A stretch of 64,000 nucleotides of DNA from NCBI GenBank assembly GCA_001643675.2, contig LSRY02000020.1, positions 248,001-312,000 of the forward strand. The letters run 5' to 3'. Below are positions 25,143-37,186 of the stretch, one piece after another (positions within the stretch are counted from its first letter, which is position 1; every line of letters begins with the position of its first letter). The translations under genes were made by a program, and so were the position numbers. The notes under the pieces were generated by a model. That model ran no database searches. It was not told the DNA's origin and was given only the letters and a program-made list of their open reading frames with translations. This DNA is from Monocercomonoides exilis PA203 (Eukaryota; Protista; Preaxostyla).

Positions 25143-26800
25143 ATGCATCTCATCGCATCGGAAGGCAGCCCATGCTTCTCCACATGCACTTCAATTGTAT
25201 CAGACATTGCCTTCACAGCTACATCATCTTCAGCTTGTATTCTTCACAAAACATTCACACTTTTGCTTGTAAGAGTCACTTTCATCAAAAGAGATAGAAT
25301 GCTCTTCATAAAGTTTTTCGCATATTCTTTCTGAGTAAATGAGAAATTCTTTTCTTCTTCCTTTTCGTTTCAAACAATTCAATTGTGTGCTGATCAGTAA
25401 GACCAACACATTCAACAGCGGACATTGAAGTGGACGAAGAATGAAGCTCAATCATTGGGGAAAAAATAACTTTTCAAAAACTTCACAAGAAAATTTCATC
25501 GAAAGTTGGTTTCCCTAAATGATGGAGAAAATGAGGTTTCGGAAATTGACTCCAGTATTCTTTGGAAAATGAAGAAAAATGAACAAAAAATCAACTCTGG
25601 AGAAACGAAGGTAATTGAAACAGAAATTTGTGAAGACGAAGAAAAAGAAAAAGATGATGATGATGAAGAGGAAGGCGAAGAAGCGAAGAATTTTTTGAAG
25701 ATGAATTTGAAGCTGATGATGAATGATCAGAGTAAAATGAAAAGACGGCTTTTTCAAGCAAAAATCTTGTACTGAGATCAAGAAAGAATTAAAAAAGAAA
25801 GAGAATCTGAAAGAGAAATGAAATGAAATGAGTTCTATAACGCTCTTTGGACGATCTGAGCAACAAATGAAGACAAAGCTCATCTAAAAAAACGGTGAAT
25901 TGACCGCTTCGAATTTCATTATAACCAACAGCAACAACAGAAAGTGGATCCAATCCATGTTGCAATATGAGAATATGATTGCGATTGCATTCAGCCTTTT
26001 TGTTCAATACTCCCTTTCTCTAAAAAATTATTCTTCCAGCCTTCCAAATAAGACTATCGTCAATGAAGAGATCTAAGGAGAAGGAGAAGAAACCAAACAA
26101 TCCGCAAAAATGCTACTGAAATGGATCGTCACCAGGAATGACGCTCAACATAAAAAATGCTGTTTGCTGGAATGGAAAAAAGATATAAAATAAAAAATAA
26201 CAATAATTAGTTTTGCATTGATTATAAAAATTCCTCAAAAGAGCGCACCCGCCATTTCTTTCGCAAATGCAGAGGATTGTCAATCACTGATGATGAAAAT
26301 CTCCTTTTCCATTGTTTCCCTGTGCTCCTTTCTCTACCGTACTTTTCCCCCTCATAAATATCCTTCTTTCTATGTTTTCATCCATTTTTTTCCTGAAATA
26401 ATATTTCCGAATTCTATTCTTTCCAATAACTGTCCAATTGTTGACATTCTTTTTTTTCTCTCTCTCATCCAAATTCTTCGAAATCTAGTTTGTTTTTCTT
26501 CCTCTGTTCCAATTGAATACGAAAAATATGCAATCTCCGTCTATTGATTATATCTCGCCATCCAGCTCTCTTCTGATGTTCTGCTATGCTTCGCTCACGC
26601 TATCTCGTACCTCAACGCAAAAAGATATAGCTTTTTCAATAGAAAATATTCTTTCACTGATTCTCATTCAACCAATTTTCATCTCAGTTCAAAATATTAA
26701 TTTTGATCGCTATTACCATTACAAGAAACATTTAAAACAAAGCGTTTTTTATCTTTGTGATTACAAATTGAAAATGTCAACGCTCCATAGAACTGTTTGA
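25143..26800. pseudogene. Probable decayed coding fragments of unknown origin
   Basis: GC is higher than in flanking spacers, and short protein-like frames on both strands are broken by stops (e.g. minus-strand ERICEKLYEEHSISFDESDSYKQKCECFVKNTS*). No coherent spliced gene could be assembled. Confidence 0.3.
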
Positions 26801-26891
26801 ATGAATATATATTTCTTTCATCTTTTGTGAGTTTTCATTTTTCATCTGATTCTACTGTCCAAACATATGAACTTTCAACGTGAATTTCAAA

Positions 26892-28378
26892 ATGGAATGT
26901 TTTCTTGAACAATTTTTTAAAATATCAACGCAGGAGACGGACAACACAAATAATTTCACAGGCTTGTATTCGTTGTTTCACAGAAAACTTGTTGATTGAA
27001 TTTCTTTTTTTTTTTTTTTTTTGAAGAATTATTTTCTGAACCGGGGCGCAATATAGAAATTGAACAGAAAAAAATAATCGAAGAGATGGACTCACTTATG
27101 GACGATGTGGATAAAAATTTATTTGAATCTGTTTTCACAAGGGATTTGTTTAACGATGTGAGCAAAATGATTGAAGAAGAGAAACTATCACTTGAAAAAG
27201 GCATTTCATTTTTGAAGTCCATCGGACGTTGCAAAGGTCTATTAAATGTTTTGAGTAGAAATTTTGACAATTCTTTTCTTTCCACAAGATTTGAGGAGAT
27301 GATAATTGAAGAAAATGAGAAAATAGATGGGAAAAATGAAATACTTTTAGCTGATCTTTGCGAATGCTATATTTTGCTTTCCAAAGGATTATCTTCGAAA
27401 ATGATTTCAATTTGTGTACCTTACCTTCTAAAAGCAGCATTGAACAAAGAAGAAAACGATGAGACTCAAAAAGAAGTAGAAATTGCCTTGTTGGCTTTGA
27501 GCAGAATAGGCGATGGTAAGGTATAACTTATTAATTCATTGATTTACCGAATTGTTTTTATTTTTTTTTTTATTTTTATATTTTTATTTATTTATTTATT
27601 GATTTTTTTTTTTGATATATTTCTAATTTTTCCAAAGGAAATGGAACAAGAACTTTTCTTGAATGATATGAAAAAAATTATTTTTTATCATAAGAAACAT
27701 CATAACCTCAGTCACCTTGCAATCCAATCTGCTTGGGAATTTTTAAAATGCAGACTCTATTTGAATAGTAAATTGGAAGGAGTTATTATGAATCAACTTC
27801 ATTTTGGAAGGGAGGTAAGAAGAGAATTAGAAGAGCTTACTGGATGTGTTGATTGGAAGAGAAAAGGAAAAGAAGTGAAAGAAGTGCTGATAATCAAAAG
27901 ATGGTTGGACATGATACAAGATTATATATCCCAGCTCGAATATAAGAAAGAATTTACTGGGATTATCGGCAGCGTTGTCCAGCTGTTTCAAGCTGCCAAT
28001 GATAATCACAGAGATATTTGCAAATTGTGCATTTGTTTGTTGAGAAGAATAATCCTTATCGGTGTAAAAGTTGATGATTTGATGAAAAGTGGAACCGTCA
28101 ACATTTTTTTGAAGGGGATTGTTCAATTAAATGGTGAAAAATTTTACTTTGAGAATTTGTTGACAGTTATCCAAATTATATGCCAAATGTTGGAGAGAAA
28201 AGCTCAAAAAGGAATAAAGGAGAAAAAACGGAAACAAATGAAAAGAAAGGTGATTGAAATGATGGAGGAAGAAGGATACGAAGATTGCATCATTTGCTTG
28301 CGAAGTCGCATGTTTGAAATGATGTATTGTATTGTTTACGGTTTGAAAGATTTGAAAGCATTTTTTGTTTATAACTGA
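26892..28378 (+). CDS. Member of a lineage-expanded helical (ARM-like) hypothetical protein family (3 exons)
   Basis: Spliced MECFLEQFFKISTQETDNTNNFT|ELFSE...EEMDSLMDD...FTRDLFNDVSKMIEEEKLSLEKGISFLKSIG...LLADLCECYILL...ICVPYLLKAALNKEENDETQKEVEIALLALS...HHNLSHLAIQSAWEFL...MEEEGYEDCI. I recognise this as the highly repeated Monocercomonoides family. Introns 26962-27026 (GC-AG) and 27521-27637. Confidence 0.8.
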
Positions 28379-28818
28379 CTAACATCCTGATTCTCATTTC
28401 ATTTATGGTTTTTGGCCCATTCATCTTTTGGCAAAACAATTATTCAACTTAACAGCAAAGAATATTTCATTATTGAAAAAATAAATGTGCGAACTCTTTT
28501 ATAAAATGCAAGCATTAATATTATCTTCTCAGTGTTCTTTGAAATTTTCACTCATCTGTTCTTGCAGTTTTAGCATTGTTTACAACTTCAACAGAAACAA
28601 AATTATTGAATGATTGAAGAATTTAAAAAAATAATTTATGTTTATATTTTGGAATTTTTTCAAATTAATTTAACAAATGAATTATTATTCAAAAAATTGT
28701 GAAATTTTCTTAATATTTGCTCTATTAAAGTTTGAAATTCATTCAAAATTTGTTTTTTAGAATATTTTTCAATCATCAATCATTATTTTGTAATGGGTAT
28801 TTTTCCTGATTATTTTTG

Positions 28819-30512
28819 ATGGAAAGTTTGATTCAGCAGTTTAATATCGATGTTAGGGCTGTTCAACCTATTTTATTTACAATGCTTGAACACATGCACA
28901 CGGGTTTGCAAGGCCCTTCGCATTCTATGCTTATGATTCCGACGTTTACTGATGTTCCTTCAAAGCCTGTTAATGGATTGTACTTGGCTCTGGATTTTGG
29001 AGGCACAAATTTTAGATGTTTGCTTCTGAATATCAAGCATAATGAGATTTTGGATTCATGGAGTGATTCAAGAAAAATTGATCCCCAAATTCCAACATCG
29101 AAAGAATTAATGAGTGTTCTTGGAGGATTTATTCAAGACTTTCTTCATCTTCATGAAAAGGAATTAACTCCAAGACCAGACATTTTATACACTGGATATA
29201 CCTTTTCTTTTCCAACAGAACAAACATCATTAAATTCTGGAACTCTTGTTCATTGGACAAAGGAGTTCATTACAAAAGGCTGTGTTGGAGAAGATCCTGT
29301 AAAGCAGCTTCAAGAGGAATTGAATAAGCGTAATCTTGATTGGGTTAAAATTATTGCTATGTGCAATGATACGGTTGGAACTTTGTGTACAAGACGATTG
29401 ACGGATCCTTCTGTTGAAATTGGAGTTATATTGGGAACGGGCTCAAATGCTTCTTATAGAGAAAAAATATCAAATATTAAGAAATTGGACCCAAAAGCAA
29501 TTTATTCGAGCGATCATATGCTGATAAATATGGAATGGGGGTCTTTTTCGGGGATGCCTCAGAATGAATTTGACAAAATTATTTTCGAGAAGACAAAGGA
29601 ACACAGCTCACAGCCATTTGAAAAGCAAATATCTGGACGATATTTGCCAATGATGGCTCGTGAGGCCCTTCGGAAAGCAATTTTAACCGGCTGTGTATTT
29701 AATGGTTTATGGGGAGATGGATCAACTTTATCTGATGAAGAAAAGTCTCCATTTTCTGATATTCACAGAGAAATGTGGGACGAAAAGCATCGGCTGAGAG
29801 GAGAAGAGATGGAAGAAATTATTTGGGATGAGAGTGAAAAGAAAGAAAAAGTCGAAGAAATATTGAGACAGCTTTGGTGCAAGTCCAATCCAAGACTTAA
29901 ACTTCGCGAAGGAGGTACGATTAGAAATATCATTTTTTTAAAAATGACTCGTTTTATTTTTTATTTTATTTAATTTTTTTATTTTTATTTTTTTATTTTT
30001 TAAATCTCAAACATCTTTTTCAAATTTTCCTTCTCTTCATTTGCTTCTTTTTTTTTTATTCAGTGACGCTTCAACTGTCTGATCTATCTCTTGTGCAGCA
30101 GCTGTTCAAGGCGATCCTCACACGCTCTGCGCGTCTTTCAGCCATTGCTGTCTCAGCAGTTGTGATACACATCGTCAAAGGATTCATCGAAGAAGCCAAA
30201 GAAAAAGGCAGAAGCGAAACGGACTATCTCGCAAAGCACCCAAAAATCACAGCAGCGATCGACGGGTCGCTGTTCACACACAACAGAGGGTACAAAGAGG
30301 AGATGGCGCGTTCTGTGGAGTTGTGCTTGGACTCTGTCAAGGGATATTGCCTAACTTCTTCTTCTTCTTCTTCTTCAAGTGCAACTCCTTCTTCTTCCAC
30401 TGAAACTTCTGTTTCTTTCTCTTTCCCAAGTATTATCCCTGAAGTGGTTCTTGAAGCTACTAATGACGGTAGTGGAATTGGAGCAGCTGTTATTGTTGCC
30501 GCTAACTCTTAA
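28819..30512 (+). CDS. HXK: Hexokinase, eukaryotic type (2 exons; intron 29915-30063)
   Basis: Motifs LALDFGGTNFR, GYTFSFP, WTKEF, NDTVGTL, GVILGTGSNASY, INMEWGSF, FEKQISGRYL, RSARLSA, AIDGSLF and DGSGIGAA are all present in order. Confidence 0.96.
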
Positions 30513-30766
30513 AATAAAAGCAAGAAATTTGCAATTTGTTATAAGTATTTCGTTATTTACAATATAAATAATTCATGTTCAGTTTCAGCTCATTTAACTT
30601 TTTGTTCGTTCTTAAAAAGTTTTTAACAATACTTTGTGTAAGTGAAAAAATTTTTCTTTTCTTTTTGTTTCTTTTCGAAATAAAAAACGAAAAATATTGT
30701 TATGGAAGAAATTGATCCAATTGTGCGTTTTTCTTATTTTTTGAAATAAGTTTACATTTCTTTCGG

Positions 30767-33700
30767 ATGATGCCTCGTGACACAGATAAAATTTCATTTT
30801 TGCTACGATCAGATGGATATGGGCATTGTCAAGGAGTGAATCAAGCTCTTGTGTTGAAAGAAACAAAAGCTCTTCTCACAGCTGGACAGGATTGGATGAT
30901 AAAACTTTGGAAATTTGATAAGGTTAGAAAAAACTTAGCGTATATATTTTTAAATAAGCTTTAATATGCTTTAGTCGCAAGAAACGCACATGCATTGCTA
31001 CAGAACATATGTTGGTCATTCTGGCTCAGTATCTTCAATTGCCCAACTCACAAACGAAGCAAGATGTATGCTTTTGTTTATTAAATTAAATTCTTTTATT
31101 ATAATTTGATTATATAAAAGTTGCTTCTGCTTCTTTGGATCGTACAATTCGAATTTGGGATACTGAATCATCAAATTGCCTTTCAATACTTGCAAACCAC
31201 ACTGATCAAGTAAAGGCCATTTCATTTACAAAGTCGCTCAATCTTCTTGCTTCTGGTTCATTAGACGGAAGAATTCTTCTCTGGGATGCTGAATTATTAT
31301 CGGATCCACATTTTCTGTTAACTCCAGAAAAACACGATCCTCTTGAATTAAATGTTGGTAAATCTATTTACAGCCTTTCATTTTCTCTGGATGGAAGTTT
31401 ACTGGGGTCTGGCCATTTGAATAAGCTCGCTTGCCTTTGGGATGTTCGATCAAAAGGATTAATATCTTCGTTTCATCATTCCGCATGCGTTTCGTGTTTG
31501 GCGCTAAGCTCGAATGGAAGACAATTAGCAACGGGAACGACAGATGGATTTGTGAGCGTTTGGGATGTGCGGAATCTGCGATCTGTTGCGATGGTTGGAT
31601 TTGACGAGTGTATTAGATGTGTTGTGTGCTCGGATGAAGGAGGGATATTTCGATCTGTTGTCGCTGGATTGAATGATGGAAGAGTGATTGAAACAAGATT
31701 TGCATTGGATGAAAAAGGGAAAAGCAGTGCACATAGTGGAACAGAGGATTTCTTTGCACATGAAGAGAAGATGAATGATAAATCCAATTTTTCTGCTTCA
31801 TGCTTCAGTGTTGATTCTAATGTTGTTTCGACTTCAAACACTCCTCATTTAGTATCACTTGATGCTCATTTGACTCCGATTGAAGAATCTGAAAGCGATC
31901 AAAAAGAAGAAGAAGAAGATGCAAGCAAGAAAGTGTCTAATCATCGAGGAGTGCAAAGAGTTGGCCGAAAGAGGAGAATAATCGATGAAGATGATAAAAC
32001 AAGCGACGATGAAGCACACGACGAAGCAGTCATTGAAATAGATAATGACAACAATGATCGCACGACTGATGTTAAACAGGATGTTGCTGATAAGCCTATG
32101 AAAAGTGACAATGTGCAAATAAACAGCAAATCTTCTTCAGACACACAACCTCAGCAGATACTTCGCGGTACCAATTCATCTCGCAAATCACCTCCTCCTG
32201 TTGCATCTGTCACTCCGTTTCTGACTCCAACAAACACTCCTTCGCCTTCTCCGTTCATCTCGCCCACTCCGCCAGCCAACCAATCAGACTCCACTTCGCC
32301 ACAAGACAATTCCCACCCGTCTTTCATTGTCACCTGCCGCGTGCTGTCGAAGCAGCGCCCAGTTCAGCTGAGGCCGCAGCACAACCACCCTGCTCTCTCA
32401 CTCTGCATCACATCAGCATTCACACAGGCACTGTGGAGCGAAGAGATTGAAGATAACAGCAATAAAGATGAAAGTGCAATTTGTGTGGATGATTTGGAGA
32501 TTGAGTCTTGTGATGCTTTGAATGAATCTTCTTTGAATGGTTCGATGAGAAGAGAGAAAATAAAGAAAAAAGAGATAAAAAGAGAAGAAGACGAAGAAAG
32601 TGAAAGCAATACTAACAAACAAAATAGGAAGAAAAAAGCAGAAAAGAAGAAGAAAATGGAGTCAGATGAGCCTAATGAAAAGGAGGTGAATGAAGAGAAC
32701 AAAATAAATGATAACTTCATTCAAAAGAAAGATATTGAAAGCGATCCAAACGCTTCAATAAAAGCATCGTTGCGTGTGCTCAAAGAGAAATGCCCATTTT
32801 TGCTGATATTTTCAGACATTTCGCTTGTTGAGGTTATTCCATTCCCACTCGATTCACTTCATCTTCCCATCAGAAACAGCAAAACTATTTGTGACCCTTC
32901 CTCTCTTTTGCACTCATCACACACTTCTCGTTCACTTTCATCTGATTTGCATCCATTTCACATAAAGTCGTCGTCTCAGCCACTTCGCTCGCCTTTCCCT
33001 TTCCTTCTGAGTCCATCTTTCCTTTCTTCTCTTTCCTCTCATCTTCCTCAGCCCCGTCTGTTTGTGTTTGGGACGTTTCCTTATGTCGAAGCTGAGCCTT
33101 TGCCAGACAGAATCCACACGTTGCTTCGAGATGAGCACAACATTGTGCACATGTGGAGCGTGATGACTGGAACAGAAGTTGGAGAATGGAAAATGAGAGA
33201 TAAAAAGGAATTGGATTGCGAAAAGGAAAAAGAGAAAGAAACTGGTTGTCAATCGAAGGGAAAGGATGAAGTAATGAGAAATAATGAGAAGAATCAAAAT
33301 GATTGCAAAGAATGTTTGCAGAATGAAGATAATGAAAATGAAGCTCTTTCGATCGAAAGGGAAATGAAGAATCGAAAACTTCATTCTTATTTGTCATCTC
33401 CTTCATTTTTCATTTCAAATCAACAGAACTCATTTCACAGGAATCGCCCACTTCATTCAAACACTTCCACAAAAGCATTTCCTCTCACAACATTCATATC
33501 GCTATTCACTCCACCATCACTAAGCTCACTCACTTCTCTTTCTCAGACACAATCATCTGCCACTTCAACAGCATCTACTACTTCTTCTTCTTCTTCAAAT
33601 CCAATCCAATCCAATTCAACACCATCACTTCCCATGTCTCTTCAGTCATCTCTGTTCTCAGAATACCGCCAGCGCTGGTTCGCAACGGAGGTGCGAGGAG

Positions 33701-35052
33701 GATGTTTGTGTGTTTCGTTGTCTCGTGGTGACTGCATCAAGTGCGAAGGACACGCTGAGCAGAAGGAAATGGAGATGAAGTGTGTGAAGAGACAGCGCTT
33801 ATGCGACGTGGCAGATAATCCACGGGGAATGAGGTATGTGAGGAAAAAATTAGGCGATGGAGACAATGAGGAAAAAAATTTGAGGGGAAAGAAAGGGAAA
33901 GCAGAGGAGCAAGCAACTTTATCAGATGAAAATAAAACAGAGCCTGCAAAAGAGGGTGATGATGATCAGACAGCATCGTTGCTCGCCAGAAGAACTCGAA
34001 GAAGCACAGCACAACAAGCAACAGAAGGCTCAGCCAGCTCAGCCAGCTCAGCAAGTGGCTCTCAGCCGCAGCGCAAAAAGCTTTTCAACTTTGCGTATCA
34101 GTTTCTCCGCCAGATGCTTTCAGAGGTGCAGCAATATCACAACGTGAAGCATGCTCCTTCGTATGAGTCGGCCTTGAAATCTCTGCCTGCCCTTTCTTTG
34201 AGCGCTGACGAATGCCAAGAGTTGCTTCAGAGCCGGTTCAATGAGGAAAGAGATGAGTTGGATGTGCTTCCATGTGGCTGCCTGTCGATAGAGAAGCCTC
34301 ACAGAGAGCATTTGATTGTGGTGCCTGACGATCAGCGCGGTTTATACACAACATTCACACTCTTCACTTCACTGGACCATGAAGTCAGAGGATTGCCTTC
34401 ATCCTCTTCTGCTTCTTCGATGGCTTCTCAGTCAACAGAAGAAAGGAAAGGAAGGAGTGAATCAAAAAGAATGTTGCAAATGGTTGGAGAGAGCACAAAT
34501 GATTCACTTCAAGTTGGGCAATTGGACAACGATGCTGATGGTGTTAACAATCATCCTTCAAATAATCGATGGATAGTTCCACACTTCTCTACGCCATGTG
34601 TTCTTTTCTCTTCACTTCCAGACTGGATCAACGAACTTGTTACCTCTCCTTCTCCTCCTCCTTCATCGCAGCCACAGATCCGCTTCCACATGACGCAATC
34701 AAAAGAACAGCCACCTATCATCCCTGTTGTCCATTCTCAGATGCTGGCTGAGCAAGTGTCGCTGGCACAATCATCTGCTTCAGCTAATTCTTCACTTCGG
34801 CGTCACATTTCACCACTTCCGTCGATGGAACTGAAGAGATTCAACGGTAAAGAGCCTCTTCAAATGAAGGAGGCACTTCGAAGTATTGCAGCAGAAATGA
34901 GGAAACTTGGGTGGAATGGCACATCGGATATGCTGTCTGCAAGCTGCAACAACATCCTCCTTCCGCCAGAAACAACATTGGCAACGATAAAAGCCAGAAT
35001 ATGGAATAAGCCTGAGCCTCTTCTCATTCATTATCATCTTAAGCAGGAGTGA
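30767..35052 (+). CDS. WDR48: WDR48/UAF1-like WD40 deubiquitinase cofactor (introns 30923-30974 and 31066-31120)
   Basis: N-terminal ISFLLR...GVNQAL...LLTAGQDWMIKLW and WD40 repeats. Ancillary motifs LPDRIHTLLRDEHNIVHMWSV, RWFATEVRGGCLCVSL and FNFAYQFLRQML. C-terminal SUMO-like/DUF3337 end CNNILLPPETTLATIKARIWNKPEPLLIHY. Confidence 0.88.
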
Positions 35053-35657
35053 ATCTCTTCATTTCATCAAAGGGTCACAGTGTTGTTTGCTTGAACTCTT
35101 TGACATGAATAAATTAGAATAAGGATTTGTTTTATCAAAATTTATAATAAAGTGAATTTTCGTTGAAAGGAGTGATGTGCGGGAAATGCTTAAACTTGTT
35201 TATTTGTAAAGTTTAGGGAAATTTTTTTAAAAAGCTTTAAGAATCGTATTTAAAAGGAATTTGTAACTAACATTGAGCAATTGAAAAAAAAATAAACTTT
35301 ACGATGAACACTTTTTTTTGATCTTTATTTTTGTGAGGAAGCCTTTTCGGATAAATACCTTCGGATGTTCAGAAAAATTCTCATAGTTGTAAACAAAGAT
35401 CGTTTGTGAACTCAAATTAATTTTTTTTTAATTCGGAATTGATTTGTAATCCGATTTAAAAAAGAGTTTTTTCTAACTCGTGAAAATAAATTAGATTTAA
35501 TAATTAAAAAGATATCAGTAGATAGCAATCATGAAATGTTGAAAAAGGAAAAAAGTGATGGAAATTACAAATCAGCAAGTAATTTACCGCAATTTTCTGA
35601 AAAACAAATTCAAAAAAAAACTTTTATGAAATGAATGATTTGAGATTCAATATCAAA

Positions 35658-36155
35658 TTAAATTTTTGGTATTGATGGAAGTTTTTCGGGCTTGCTAGAT
35701 GGATGAATTTGATCGTAAGTTTGCTGCAATTCTGAAGAAACTTGATCAGGTGAAAATGGCTGGGCAAGCGTTTTTATTTTTCTTCGTGGATCAGGATCAT
35801 GTTGAATTGTAAAACGGATTAAATAATCTTCGAGTGGAATTTATTATTTTTATGCAATAAAAAGTTTATGCAAACCTTCTGTTGTAGATGTTTCTTTTGG
35901 AGGTGACGGATTGTCATAGTCAATAATTGAAGGAGGATATCGAACTCTTCTCAACGGAATATCTCTATCCTCACAGAGTTGCTGATCATTGTTTTTGTTT
36001 TGATGTGTTGAAGCAGAGCAACATTGCTGAGAAGTGATATAAGATTTTTGACTTTTAATTGAATAAAAATCATCAAAATTATGTTCAGAATAAATTGATT
36101 CTTCACATTTTGCAATATAAAATAGGAATAGGATGAAAGAAAAGGAACAATTCAT
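35658..36155 (-). CDS. Small secreted orphan protein (~150 aa, 2 exons)
   Basis: Signal-peptide-like MNCSFSFILFLFYIAKC. A GTTTGC donor after ...TTE and an AAG acceptor near 35828 continue in frame to DYLIRFTIQHDPDPRRK...KLPSIPKI, stop TAA 35658-35660. Confidence 0.55.
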
Positions 36156-36415
36156 TGCGAAAGGAAGCCATTAAGAACCTTTAACAATAAAAATAAAAAG
36201 ATGCTAACTTTATTTAATAATAAATAATTACATTTTGATCATCGACACTATTTTTTAGTTGTTTTTTGTATTTTTGAACAAATATGTCTGTATTTTCTTT
36301 CTTTCTTCTAATCAAATGCTAACCGATTTTGAAATAGTTTCAAACTTCGTTTTTAGAACGAAAAAAAATTTACTTTCTTCTGAAATTCTTGAATACTTTT
36401 TCACATTTGAATTTC

Positions 36416-36991
36416 ATGGCTTTCCAAACTTCTTCCTCTGAAATAGATAAAGTGTGATATGATACTTCGTGATATCTTTTTGAAGTTTTTGTTAATTTTT
36501 TTGTTTATAAGGAATCTCTTCCTGTGATAACGATGCATGAATTATCTTTGCATAACAAGGCTGATGATCTGTGGTTTTATCGTTTTTTTGATTAATATTT
36601 GTTTAAAACATGCTTTTATTGATGATGTTATCCTTTAAAGGGTATGCGTCAATGAAATTGTTTTCGACGTCACGAATTTTGACCATAGACCTGGTCAATC
36701 AATGATTTTGAAAGCAGCAGGAAGCGATATTACAGCATCATTTAGTGTGTTGTAATTTTTTCAGTGATTTTAATAAAACGAAATTTTAAAGATCGTTTTC
36801 ATGCATACGTTAATTGCGCCCGCTGCCCAGGTGTCAAGGTTGTTGGAAGGATAGAAAAAGATAAAAATTCGCATTCAAGTTCTGCAACAGCCAAATTTTT
36901 ACCAAAAAGTTATCAAATGTCATCAACCAAAAAATCGGAACCAAAGCGCAAAACATTGCCAATAATCTCTCAGCCTTCATCTTCAAAATGA
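36416..36991 (+). CDS. Soluble cytochrome b5-like heme/steroid-binding protein (4 exons; introns 36452-36511, 36574-36640, 36745-36791)
   Basis: Spliced MAFQTSSSEIDKESLPVITMHELSLHNKADDLWVCVNEIVFDVTNFDHRPGQSMILKAAGSDITASFNRFHAYVNCARCPGVKVVGRI. This is the classic cyt-b5 signature with both His ligand positions. There is no C-terminal TM anchor. Confidence 0.88.
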
Positions 36992-37186
36992 ATTTTAAAG
37001 CATCTTTCATGAAGCAAAATTTGGAGAATTCAAAAATAGCATATTATCTGAAATTTTTTATAAAATAGCGCGCAATTTTATATTTCAAGATATCACATGT
37101 TCATCTAAATTTTTTTTAAGTGTAATGAACATTATTGTCAGTGTTATGCATATCATCGTAACCCATATGAATAATATAATTTTGTT

